A stretch of 64,000 nt of DNA from Malacoraja senta (Eukaryota), in the NCBI GenBank assembly GCA_038087875.1, contig CM075993.1:3164001-3228000 (forward strand), written 5' to 3'. Positions 25,828 to 37,415 of this stretch are shown in pieces. Every line of letters begins with the position of its first letter. Position 1 is the stretch's first letter. The position numbers were made by a program, and so were the translations under genes. Under the pieces are notes generated by a model. That model was not told where the DNA came from. It made no database searches and saw nothing but the letters and a program-made list of their open reading frames with translations.

Positions 25828-26112
25828 TAGTTTAGTTTAGAATTACAGCTCAGAAACAGGCCCTTCAGCCCATCGAGTCCGTGCCGACCAGCGATCCCCG
25901 CACACTAACACTATCCTACACCCACTAGGGACAATTTTTACATTTACACCAAGCCAATTAACCTACAAACCTGTACGTTTTGGAGTGTGGGAGGAAACCA
26001 AAGAGCTTGGAGAAAACCCACGCAGGTCACAGGGAGAACGTGCAAACTCCGCGTCTCCAGCGCTGCAGTCGCTGTAAGGCAGCAACTCTACCGCTGCGCC
26101 TCTGTGACCGCC
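25828..26112 (-). mobile_element. V-SINE with internal deletion
   Basis: Tail, V-domain and partial head on minus strand. Confidence 0.8.
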
Positions 26113-26234
26113 CTAAGGTCACATGGATATTATGTTTCCATGTTAGATCGGGCTGACGTTATAATAATGTTACAGGTGGTTTATTACTGAAGGGTGTCAC
26201 TGGCTTGGTGCATCAACTGCACATATATTTGAAG

Positions 26235-26992
26235 AACATAAGAGGAATAGATCGGGTAGATGCACAGAGTCTCTTGCCCAGAGGAGGTGAATGGTGGACT
26301 AGAGGACATAGGTTTGAGGTGAAGGGGAAAAGATTTAATGGGAATTTGAGGGGTAACTTTTTTCACACAAAGGTTGGTGGGTGTATGGAACAAGCTGCCA
26401 GAGGAGGTAGTTGAAGCTGGGTCTAGCCCAACGTTTAAGAAACATGGATAGGACAGGTTTAATAATAATAATAATAATAATAAATTGTATTTATGGGTGC
26501 CTTATACATAAGTCTCAAGGACACCTTACAGAGTTTAACAAGTAAGAAACATATAATCGGAGTAAAATAAATTATAAAGACATCACCAATACACAAATTA
26601 AAGACAGAATTCGATCCAAAGACACACAAAAAAAATAATCAGAAACACAATGTGAAGAGAGAGCAGCGGCAGCTAAACCGCGCCAGCGTCCACTCTCCCT
26701 TCCGACCGCCATCTTGGACACAGACTAAAATAGACACTACATACAAAAATCATCCCCCGACAATGGTTACCACTGTGGGGGAAGGCACAATGTCCAGTCC
26801 CCATCCCCAGTTCTCCCAAAGTCAGGCCTATTGAGGCCTCCGCTATTGCCTCTACGGAGGCCCGATGTTCCCGAGGTTTGGAGGGATGTGGATCTAATGC
26901 GGGCAGGTGGGACTAGTGGAGCTGGGACATGTTGGCCAGCTTGGGCAAGTTGGGCCGAAGGGCCTGTTTCCACGCTGTATCACTCTATGACT
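26235..26992 (+). mobile_element. CR1 3' fragment interrupted at 26461-26873
   Basis: RGIDRVDAQSLLPRGGE..TRGHRFEVKG; 3' UTR resumes after the AGGTTT duplication. Confidence 0.8.
26461..26873 (-). mobile_element. Non-coding retroelement with L2-like 3' end and (ATT)n tail
   Basis: TSD AGGTTT (26455-26460, 26874-26879); AAGGTGTCCTTGAG 3' motif on minus; (AAT)7. Confidence 0.65.
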
Positions 26993-27282
26993 GTAACAAT
27001 GGTTGCAGTAGATTGGGATTGCACAGAGCCTGTTTACCACAAGCAGAAGCTAAGGCTGGTTTTAGCTCCTATTAATCATACACCCGACCTAATCAATCTT
27101 TGGTGTGGAAAAAAGCTGTCACAACAAGTGCTTACCGTAATGAACAAACCATTACAAGCTGCCTCTGTGTTTCCATTGTACTGGAGGATTAAGTTCACAA
27201 TAGCCATTACAATTGCCTGTTGAGATAAAATGTTCAGTCAACAAATTAACGTTGTGTCGCAGAGAGATGGTAGCTCGTGCAA

Positions 27283-27797
27283 TTTAGTTTAATTTGGAGA
27301 TACAGCGTGGAAACAGGCCCTTCGGCCCAACGAGTCTGCACCGACCAATTACTCCCGCACATTAAAGGGCCTGTCCCACTTGCCGATTTTTTTCGGGGAC
27401 TGCCAGCGTCATATCAGGGTCGCCAAAGGATTTTGAAGGTTTCAAAATCCAGCGGCGACAAAAGAAAATGTTGCGACACTTGAAAAAACACCGCGCGTCA
27501 ATACGTCATCACGCCGCGAATCTTTCGGTGACCTGATACGTCAGTCAATGATGCAGGCAGTCGCCGAAAAAATCGGCAAGTGGGACAGGCCCTTAAAACT
27601 ATCCTACACACATTTACATTTACACCAAGCCCATTAACCTACAGACCTGTACGTCTTTGGAGTGTGGGAGGAAACCGAAGATCTCGGAGAAAACCCACGC
27701 AGGTCACGGGGAGAACGTACAAACTCCGTACAGACAGCACCTGTAGTCGGGATCGAACCCGGGTCTCTGGTGCTGTAAGCGCTGTAAGGCAGCAACT
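27283..27797 (-). mobile_element. V-SINE split by a Harbinger-like MITE
   Basis: SINE sequence continuous across the MITE at a TAA. Confidence 0.85.
27366..27593. mobile_element. Harbinger-like MITE type C
   Basis: TIR AGGGCCTGTCCCACTTGCCGATTTTTT; perfect TAA TSD (27363-27365, 27594-27596). Confidence 0.9.
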
Positions 27798-28319
27798 CTA
27801 CTGCTGCGCCACCGTGGCTGTCTGCAATGGTGTAAAATCAACATTCCTGGTGCACAGTAGATTTTACACGCCTTGGTGTTGAGGTGAAAAAGTCTTTTGG
27901 CACACTTCCCTCCATCTGTAAGGCCATTGAGTATAGGAGTTAAGATGGAATGTGTCGGAAGGAACTGCAGATGCTGGTTTAAACCGAAGATAGACGCAAA
28001 ATGCTGGTGTAACTCAACGGGACAGGCAGCATTTCTGGGGGAAATTTCTGGGTGACGTTTTGGGTTCAGACAGGGCAAGCTACAGATGGAAAGGTCTCAA
28101 CCCGAAACGTCACCTATTCCTTTTCCCAGAGATGCTGTCTGACCCGCTGAGTTACTCCAGCTTTTTGTGTCCAACTTCAGGTAAGAGATGATCTCAGGCA
28201 GCGAGGTTTCCTGATGGGCCAATGTCCCTGTGCCTCGAGGACCATAATAAACCTGCACCTACGTGTAGCGGAGAGGAGAATGCAGAGCAACGCAAATGCC
28301 GCAACATCCCTGGAAACAT

Positions 28320-29035
28320 GGTCATAAGGTCAGAAGCGATTGGAACAGAATTAGCCCATTCGGCCCATCAAGTCTACTCCACCATTCAATCATGGCTGAT
28401 CTATCTCTCCCTCCTAACCCCATTCTCCTGCCTTCTCCCCATAACCTCTGACACTCGTACTAATCAAGAATCTGTTATCTCCGCCTTAAATATATCCACT
28501 GACTTGGCCTCCACAGCCGTCCGCGGCAAAGAATTCCACAGATTTACCGCCCTCTGAGTAAAGAAATTCCTCCTCATCTCCTTCCTGAAAGAACGTGCTT
28601 TAATTCTGAGGCTGTGACCTCTGGTCCTAGACTCTCCCACTGGTGGAAGCATTAGGCAGTATTACATGCTGTGTTAAAAAGTTGCCCCTCAGGTCCCCTC
28701 TAAATATGTTTCACTGAGGTCCCCCCTCATTCTTCTAAACTCCAGCGAATACAGGCCCAGTCCCGACAAACGCTCATCGTAGGTTAACCTACTCATTCCT
28801 GGGATCATTCTTGTAAACCTCCTCTGGACCCTTTCCAGAGCCGGCACATCCTTCCTCAGGCAGCTTGTTCCATACCCAAAACCACCCTTTGTGTGGAAAA
28901 AGTTACCTCAGATATGGTGCCCAATGTTGCTCACAATATTCCAAATGCGGCCTCACCAGTGCCTTATAGAGCCTCAGCATTACATCCCTGTTTTTGAATA
29001 CAAGCCCTCTCGAAATAAATGCTAGCATTGTGTTT
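28320..29035 (-). mobile_element. Rearranged CR1 3' region
   Basis: Homologous to 5515-6412, with short inserted pieces of another CR1 subfamily. Confidence 0.8.
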
Positions 29036-29060
29036 CACATACCCTTTCCTCATCCTCTCC

Positions 29061-29494
29061 TTCTTCTTAGGCCCCCTTTGGTCATGGCTGACCATGGGTG
29101 TCTCCAGGGTGCTATTCCCTATATGGAGGACGCCTGTGCGTGACTTTGTTTAACGTGGGGAGACTGGTGCACAGACAGCCACCCCACAGTCCTTGACAGA
29201 TCTGGGTCAGGATCCAGTGGCATGGAGTCCAAGACGACCGGAGACCCTTTTCTGCTGCAGCCTTCATCCGCCTTCCTAGCCATTGTGACGCTCCACTAAG
29301 GTCAGCCATCGTCCTCCGCCTGTTCCACCGTTGACGTCTTGGTTGGATTGCTCTTTGTCAGAGGCCAGACCTCCCCCTCGACCGTACCACCATGGATGGC
29401 CCTACCAGGAGCATAGCTCCAGACGGCATCGCTCTCAGGATCTCAGGACCGCACAAGCTTCTCCTCCACGACAAGGTGACAATCCACGGAGAAG
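29061..29494 (-). mobile_element. Non-autonomous RTE-type element (5' UTR-like) with HDV-like 5' fold
   Basis: TSD TCCTCTCC (29053-29060, 29495-29502) inside CR1; AAG tail; 5' GGATTGTCACCTTGTCGTGG resembles RTE/BovB-type 5' ends. Confidence 0.75.
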
Positions 29495-30215
29495 TCCTCT
29501 CCACATCCACTCTATCCAAGCCTTTCACTTTCCGCTCGTCGTGATATAACACTACGGTGCTACAACAAGAGAAAGTTGGCATCCGCACTTAAAAAATTAT
29601 GATGTACAAAGAATTCCCTCCGCTCTGCACCAAGAGGTCATCACAATTTAACCTGCAACTTTTCAAATCTGACACATAATCCATGCACATAAATCATGTA
29701 CGAGTCCTATTATTTCTTAATTATCTCTTTGTATTCAGACACATGCTCTGTATGCCACAGCGACTACTGACTGACTCATCTGAGATTTACAGGTCAGCTT
29801 CCTCTTTAGTCAACTGGTTTACATATATTACAAGCCGCCAGGCACTAATAGCACAGTCAATCTTCTTTACCATGTATAATTCCGTTTGCTCGCAGGGTGT
29901 GAACCCGTTGTACGTCTCCGCGAACCCCACCGCGGCAAGCAGATCCATCAAAAGTGAACGGAAGATTATTAAACAATAGAGCAACACACACACACACACA
30001 CAACAAAATGCTGGGGTAACTCAGCGGGACAGGCAGCATCTCTGGAGAGAAGGAATGGGTGACGTTTCGGTGTCGAGACCCTTCTTCAGACCCGGGGTCT
30101 CGACCTTGTCCCACTGAGTTACTCCAGCATTCAATAGTTCTGAGAGCTGCCTTTATTCAGACTAGTGGAGGGCAGTCCCACACATCCGGGCGGGACACGG
30201 TGGCAAAGCGGCAGA

Positions 30216-30874
30216 CTTACTTACTTACTTAAGGGCCTGTCATTTGCGCGTAATTTACACAACATCATTTACGCGCCACGACGCGCGCGCCCCAGGGTTT
30301 TGGGATGTACAAAATCTTCGTGCGCCATCTGCGTGACGCGCAAATGACACCTAAGTGGGACAGGCCCTTTACTGACTATGATGCCTCCTGGCATGTAGGG
30401 CAGCAAGGAAGGTCCTCCACTCCTGTCTGTTCTGGGCTAGCTTCTGGACACTACCCCAGGTCAGCTCCATTGTTTTCATTTCCTCCTCTACAGTTCGACG
30501 CCAGGTGGTTTTGGGTCTCCCTCTTTCCCTTTTCCCTTCCGGTGTCCAGTGCAGGGCTATTCTTGCGATGCTGTCTGGTACATTCATCCTAGCATCTGTC
30601 GATAGCCCTGGAAGTCCATCACGCCCAGTAGTGTTGATTCCATCAGTTTCTGTTTCCGTCACATATGTGTTTTACGAGACAGGGTTGTTAGTCCTGTACT
30701 CAACCCCCAACCTGGAGGACCAGTGGATCGATCGCTCTTCGTCTCGCCTCTACCCTTCCACCTGTCCAGCATGGGAGACCCTAACAGGAGACGAATCTCC
30801 CGCTGGCATAGCTCTAGGGGTCACTGAGATACACAAGCTCCCCGACCACGACAAGGTTGCAATCCAATGGGGAG
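30216..30874 (-). mobile_element. Bipartite RTE derivative (5' UTR fused to ORF2 C-terminus), (TAAG)n tail
   Basis: ALHWTPEGKRERGRPKTTWRRTVEEE...LAQNRQEWR is an RTE C-terminal motif; TSD AGCGGCAGA (30207-30215, 30877-30885). Confidence 0.85.
30232..30368. mobile_element. Short Harbinger-like MITE type D in the RTE tail
   Basis: AGGGCCTGTC...GTGGGACAGGCCCT with TTA TSD on both sides (30229-30231, 30369-30371). Confidence 0.8.
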
Positions 30875-31396
30875 GCAGCGGCAGAGTTGCTGCCTTACAG
30901 AGCTTGCAGCGCTGGAAACCCGGGTTCGATCCCGACTACAGGTGCTGTCTGTACGGAGTTTGTACGTTCTCCCCGTTACCCGTGTTACCTCCAACACTCC
31001 AAAGACGTGCAGGTTTGTAGGTTGATTGGCTTGGTGTAAATGTAAATTGTCCCTAGTGTGTGTAGGGTAGTGTTAATGAGCAGGGATCACTGGTCGGTGC
31101 GGACTCGGTGGGCCGAAGGGCCTGTTTCCACGCTGTATCTCTAAACTAAATTAAACTAAACTAAACACCCTTACAGTGCCCTACGGGAGGGGGGATTGAG
31201 AGATGGGTCATTTATTTATTGTAATAGAAACATAGAAACATAGAACCATAGACAATAGGTGCAGGAGTAGACCATTCGGCCCTTCGAGCCAGCACCGCCA
31301 TTCAATATAATCATGGCAGATCATCCCAAATCAGTACCCCATTCCTGCTTTTTCCTCATATCCTTTGATTTCTTTAGCCCTAGGAGCTAAATCTAA

Positions 31397-31715
31397 AAGC
31401 CCTGTCCCACTGTACGAGGTAATTCAAGAGCTCTCCCGAGTTTAAAAAAAACAACAACTCGTGGTAAGCACGTAGAATGAACGTAGCGGGTACGTCGGAG
31501 CTCGGGGACGTCTCGTAGCGGCTCGTCACGCTAACGGCAGTTACTCGGGAAACGCGGTAAGCTCGGGAAGACTCGTGAAGATTTTTCAACATGGTGAAAA
31601 ATGTCCACGAGAGCCCCGAGTATCTACGAGCGGCCATTGCCGTAAATCTCCGACTTCGAATCAGGGCAAAACTCGGGAGAACTCTTGAATGAACTCGTAC
31701 AGTGGGACAGGGCCA
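31397..31715. mobile_element. Harbinger-like MITE type A inserted in a CR1 3' end (31223-31731)
   Basis: TIRs GCCCTGTCCCACTGTACGAG / CTCGTACAGTGGGACAGGGC; host CR1 ...AATCTAA|CTCTCTCTTGAAA. Confidence 0.85.
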
Positions 31716-32054
31716 TTCCTCTCTCTTGAAAGTAGAACTAAAGTTAGAAAACTTCTGCAAGGAAAGACAAAACTCCAGTGAAGGTGAAGGTGTCCAAGCT
31801 CCCGCTCTGATTTAATTCCCAGGGCAAAGAGTCATGCCAGAGAGCAGTGTTGTACACAAAGTGGACAAGAAATGGGAAAAACATTTACGCTTATACTAAA
31901 AGGTCAGTGGCATTCACTTGCTACATCCCCACAGCTTCGACAACACTTAACCAAGGTGCGAAAAGCTAACATCCTCCTCTGGTTACCTCAGAGCAGCTGA
32001 GAAGCCGGGCTAACAAATGCCATGAGGGGAAAATACATTTAAAAATAAAGAAAT

Positions 32055-32418
32055 ACGTTTTCAAGAGAGAGTTAGAGATAGCTCTTAGGGCTAATGGAAT
32101 CAAGGGATATGATTCAGCTCTGACAATTCACAGTTTAAGAATAAGGGGTCGGCCATTTAGGACTGAGACGAAGAAAAACTTTTTCACCCAGAGAGTTGTG
32201 AAACTGTGGAATTCTCTGCCACAGAAGGCAGTGGAGGCCAATTCACTTGATGTTTTCAAGAGAGTTAGATAGAGCTAACGGAATCAAGGGATGTGGGGAG
32301 AAAGCAGGAACGGGGTACTGATTGTGGATGATCAGCTATGATTATATTGAATGGCAGTGCTAGCTCAAAGGGCCGAATAGCCTGCTCCTGCACCTATTGT
32401 CTATGTTTCTATGTTTCT
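32055..32418 (+). mobile_element. CR1 3' fragment with internal duplication
   Basis: TTTTCAAGAGAG...GGAATCAAGGGAT appears twice; TTTCTATG tail. Confidence 0.8.
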
Positions 32419-32872
32419 AAATGATTTATGAGCTGCGTTTACCACAATGAGAATGGGAGTGGGAGACAGAACTGTATAAAGAAGGGAACTGTTAGCCTCC
32501 AAAGGAGAACTGAGGGGCCGAACAGCCTTGAAGAAGGGTCCCAACCCGAAACGTCACCTATCCATGTGATATGATACGAAAGAACTTTATTTATCCCAGG
32601 AGGGAAATTGTTCTGCCAACACAAGATACGTGAAACATGAAATTAAAGTGACGAGTGGAAAGTCCAGGATTGGGGATGTACAAAAATTGGGGAGGGGGTG
32701 GTGGGAGGGGGGGGGGGAGGGGAGTCATTCTACCCTTCTCTTGACGAGGGACAGCTTCTTTCCAGATGTGATCAGGCAACTGAACCGTCCACGTATCAGC
32801 TAGAGTGTGGCCCTGACCTCCCATCTACCTCATTGGAGACCTTTTGAACTATCTTTGAGTGAGATCAAAGCT

Positions 32873-32900
32873 CTGAAGAAGGGTCTCGACCCGAAACGTC
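32873..32900 (+). ncRNA. Minimal hammerhead core (Penelope terminus)
   Basis: CTGAAGAAGGGTCTCGACCCGAAACGTC, identical to 886-913 and 37968-37995. Confidence 0.65.
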
Positions 32901-33774
32901 GCCCATTCCTTCTCTCCAGAGATGCTGCCTGTCCCGCTGAGTTCCTCCAGCATTTTGTGTCTATCTTCACTGTACCTCAGTACAAGTGACAACAATGAAC
33001 TAAAAACCAAACTGGGAAACACTCTGAACTTAAAGGGAGAAAGCGTATGGAACTTCCAGCAGGTCTGTGGAGAAAACCGTTTAAGTCTACAGTCTGATCT
33101 CAAATCCCAAGACCGAAGGTAGCTCGTAGTTTGTATTTATTCTCTCCAAGAGTGCCTCTGCAACCCTCACCATCTCTCTTCATCTACAACCTATTGCTTT
33201 CCCCCTCATGTCCTTGTCCCATTAAACAAATCAATGCTGTTCATGTCCAACACTCCTAGAGTCGTTGAGCTTTAACCAAATGAGGTACAACCCTTAAAGA
33301 CTGTGTCCATTTTAAATGGAAACAAAATCAATGTGGGAGCAAACTTGTATTTGGCATCTCTGAGGCTGGTATTGAGAGGTCTGGATTAATCACTCCAAGA
33401 TGAAAGTTCCAATCCTCTCAGAAAACAGAACGGAAGTAATCAAACAAATCGAGGATCAATAATGAGTGGGAGTGCTGGATTGTTATTGAAATCCTGCTGA
33501 TTTTAGTTTAGTGTAGTGTACAGACATCACCCGTAGTCAGGATCGAACCCGGGTCTCTGGCGCTGTAAGGCAGCAGCTCTACCGCTGCGCCACCGTGCTG
33601 CCCTTTACACTTTGCCCCTCTCACCTTCAAACATCGCATATTCCTTCTCTCCAGAGATGCTGCCTGACCCCACTGAGTTACTCCAGCATTTTGTGTCTAT
33701 CTTCTGTGTAAAGCAGCATCTGCAGTTACTTCCAACGCCATGAATCCCATTCAATTTCACAGGGGGGAAAAAAT

Positions 33775-34135
33775 CATAGAAACATAGAAACATAGAAAAT
33801 AGGTGCAGGAGTAGGCCATTCGGCCCTTCGAGCCTGCACCGCCATTCAATATGATCATGGCTGATCATCCAACTCAGTATCCCGTACCTGCCTTCTCTCC
33901 ATATCCCCTGATCCCCTTAGCCACAAGGGCCACATCTAACTCCCTCTTAAATATAGCCAATGAACTGGCCTCAACTACCCTCTGTGGCAGAGAGTTCCAG
34001 AGATTCACCACTCTCTGTGAAAAAGTTTTTCCTCATCTCGGTCTTAAAGGATTTCCCCCTTATCCTTAAGCTGTGACCCCTTGTCCTGGACTTCCCCAAC
34101 ATCGGGAACAATCTTCCTGCATCTAGCCTGTCCAA
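33775..34135 (-). mobile_element. Young CR1 subfamily 3' fragment
   Basis: Nearly identical to 43227-43702 and 48267-48626; (TTTCTATG)n tail. Confidence 0.9.
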
Positions 34136-34811
34136 TCAAAGCGTAAAACTCTTATCAAGGCAACAAAATATCATCGATGGGTGGTGCGATTCTTCAGCGT
34201 GTTACCTCAATAATTTATACCCGATAACTGGGAGGCTTTGATAAAAATGTCCTCATTTTCTGGAGAGAAAATATTGCATTGATAATTTTTAATCAGCATT
34301 AAATTGGAAGCTTTGTTTCTGAGCAAGCACTTTAAAAAAAAAATAATTAATTTGAAACGTGTAAGTAGTATTTGCAATTATCATGTTCACGAAATGTCGT
34401 GACATTAATTTCTTCAGTGATGTTCGACAACAGTTACAGCCACTTCCATAGCCTGCGGCCATGAACAAAAAGATTACAAAATTAAATATACATTTTCTTT
34501 TTTTAACATGTAACAAGTTACTCCGCTCATTAATGTTTGTAATCAAAGGTGATTTTTTTTCTCCATTCCCACGGTGCGTGACATTCTGATCTATAATAAT
34601 GCCCGAACTGGACATTTTACTGCTATTGGAAATTAAATGGGCCTGTACTCGCTGGGGTTCGGAAGAATGAGGGAGGGGGGGGGGGGCCTCATTGAAACTT
34701 TCCAAATCGTGAAAGGCCTGGATAGAGTGGATGTGGAGCGGATGTTTCCACTGGTGGGAGAGTCTAGGACCAGAGGCTCGCATGGCCTGAGAATTAAATG
34801 ACGTTCCTTTA

Positions 34812-34905
34812 ATGGAGCAGCACCTCTTATTTCGCTTGGGTAGTTTACACCCCAGCGGTATGGACATTGACTTCCCCAATTTCAGGTAGTCCCTGCTTTC
34901 TCCCT
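34812..34905 (+). mobile_element. Penelope GIY-YIG C-terminal fragment inside CR1 (34640-35205)
   Basis: EQHLLFRLGSLHPSGMDIDF. Confidence 0.75.
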
Positions 34906-35334
34906 CTTTCCCGGCTGTGGAGGCCAAGCCCGTGGATATTTTGAAAGCGGAGATAGACAGGTTCTTGATTAGTGAGAATGAATGAATACTTTATTGTCGC
35001 ATGTGACGAGTCACAGTGAAGTTCTTTGCTTGCCTACACAAGGTATACAAATAGTCACCACATAAAGGGCGCTGATAAAGCTACAAAGTGTCAACGATTC
35101 TGGAGAAAAGGCAGGAGAATGGGGTTGAGAGGGAAAGAGATATCAGCCATGATTGAACGGTGGCTAGACTCGATGGGCTGAATGGCCTAATGCTGCTCCT
35201 TTGAATTGTCAACTTATGAAATTATTTTACAGTCAGTCATTGCATCTAGCTCTGAATTGAATGTGCAGCTAAGAGTGCTTGGTTAAAGGTCTCACTGAGG
35301 TCGGGTCTGTTAGACAGGCAGGATGCCAGCGCTT

Positions 35335-35730
35335 AGTCAAGTCAAGTCAAGTCACATTTATTTATATAGCACATTTAAAAAAACAACTCTCGTTGGCCAA
35401 AGTGCTTTACATTTGTTATAAGAATAGCACAAACAAAACAAACTACATACATATATACACGTAGCCCTCACTCAGAGGACGTCAGGAAAGGCTTGGGAGT
35501 ATAGATAAGTCTTTAGTCTTGACTTAAAGGAGTCGATGGAGGGGGCAGTTCTGATGGGAAGGGGGATGCTGTTCCACAGTCTAGGAGCTGCAACCGCAAA
35601 GGCGCGGTCGCCCCTGAGCTTATTCCTAGACCGTGGGATATTCAGCAACCCCAAGTGGGCTGATCTGAGGGGCCTGGAGGTGGAGTGGTGGGTGAGAAGA
35701 CTTTTTATGTAGGTGGGGGCAAGCCCATTG
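35335..35730 (-). mobile_element. L2 LINE 3' fragment
   Basis: GLAPTYIKSLL...RPLRS...GDRAFAVAAPRLWNSIP...FKSRLKTYLY; (CTTGA)n tail. Confidence 0.9.
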
Positions 35731-36609
35731 CAAACCCATTGCATAACCACCAGTCGCATGGTACTGCTTAGGGTGGTACAGTGGCACAGCTGGTAGAGCC
35801 ACTGCCTCACAGCACCAGGTTCGATCCTGACCTTGGGTCCTCTCTGTGTGGAGGTTGCACGATCCCCCTGCGACCGCGTGGGTCTCCTCCGGGTAGCACC
35901 GGTGGTCAGGATCGAACCCGGGTCCCTGACGCTGTGGGGTAGTAACTCTACCGCTGCGCCTCCGTGCCAGTGGGATGTTCTGCTGAAGAAGGGTCCTGAC
36001 CCAAAAAAACGTGACCCAGCCCTCCTGTCGTTGGGATGCTGCACGTCCCGCTGCGTGTGTCGGGGATGGTGACGGGCGGCACGGCGCGGAGGAGACGTCC
36101 CTGCGGCATTCTCTGTGAAGAAGGAGAATGGAGCTCCCTCCCTGTCCCTCCTCACCAGACCCAGTCCCCGCTAACCTCACATTATCACACAGGGATGCAA
36201 ATCAGCACTGCATGCGGCATGAGATAGCGCTTTTAAATGTCAGCTCAAAGATCTGAATTTTTTAGTCGTTATTATTTCGACAAGCTCGTCCCAGGGAGCA
36301 TTCAATTTGCATAGCGTTCGGAGAAGCAGGATAATTCTTCATCTCTTCCCCTGCAACTGAATTGGAATTTCTACTAAATTCCGTCCTTGTATTTCTCATT
36401 AGGAACTGTCACTCTTGTTACTTGGCATAACTACTGATAAGGTATGTTATTTGCCACAGGGTCGAAGGGGGGGGTCAGCTGGCTGCGAGGCCGTGATCAT
36501 ATCGTGCATACAGATAACAGCAAGGCCTTCGATGATGCGTTGAAGTAGTCAGCTGGGGAACCAAATTGTACCATTGTTCTGCTTATTGACCTAACATACG
36601 ACGGCACAG

Positions 36610-36981
36610 GGCCTGTACTCGCCAGAGTTTAGAAGAATGAGGGGGGGGGGGCCTCTCATTGAAACGTGCCGAATAGAGAAAGGCCTGGATAGGCCTTTAA
36701 GAATAAGGAGTAAGCCATTTAGAACGGAGACGAGGAAACACTTTTTCTCACAGAGAGTGGTGAGTCTGTGGAATTCTCTGCCTCAGAGGGCGGTGGAGGC
36801 CGGTTCTCTGGATACTTTCAAGAGAGAGCTAGATAGGGCTCTTGAAGATAGCGGAGTCAGGGGATATGGGGAGAAGGCAGGAACGGGGTACTGATTGGGG
36901 ATGATCAGCCATGATCACATTGAATGGCGGTGCTGGCTCAAAGGGCCGAATGGCCTACTCCTGCACCTACTGTCTATTGTC
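36610..36981 (+). mobile_element. CR1 3' fragment
   Basis: FFSQRVVSLWNSLPQRAVEAGSLDTFKRELDRAL..GYGEKAGTGY*. Confidence 0.9.
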
Positions 36982-37415
36982 TAAGTAAGTAATTAAGTAA
37001 GTAAGTAAGTTTATTGGCCAAGTATTCACATACAAGGAATTTGCCTTGGTGCTCCGCCCACAAGTAACAACATGACATACAGTGACAGTTGCGAATGACT
37101 CAGAAAACACTAAGACATTAATGATAAAACACCATTGATCAAGCATGTGAACCAACAAAATACCAGATCAAAGGGAGGCCACAGATTTTTGGCTGTTGAG
37201 TAGAGCAACTACTCGTGGATAAAAACTGTTTTTATGTCTGGCTGTGGCAGCTTTGACAGTCCGGAGTCGCCTTCCAGAGGGAAGTGATTCAAAGAGTTTG
37301 TGGCCAGGGTGAGAGGGGTCAGAGATGATCTTGCCCGCTCGCTTCCTGGCCCTTGCAGTGTACAGTTCGTCCTCAATGGAGGGAAGGTTGCAGCCAATAA
37401 CCTTCTCTGCTGACA
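36982..37415 (-). mobile_element. Rex1/Babar LINE 3' fragment
   Basis: AEKVIGCNLPSIEDELYTARARKRAGKIISDPSHPGHKLFESLPSGRRLR...NSFYP; (CTTA)n tail. Confidence 0.85.

Larger units (their letters stand above)
30188..31165 (+). mobile_element. V-SINE split by an RTE-derived element
   Basis: Head start at 30188-30215, resumes at 30877; tail (CTAAA)n. Confidence 0.85.

Noticed and set aside
28161..28186. CAG|GTAAG recursive splice-like motif
   Set aside because: The pyrimidine tract comes from a Penelope terminus, so it is likely coincidental.
35472..36155. 227-aa ORF, the longest in the window
   Set aside because: Chance fusion of unassigned sequence, SINE pieces and an L2 C-terminus.
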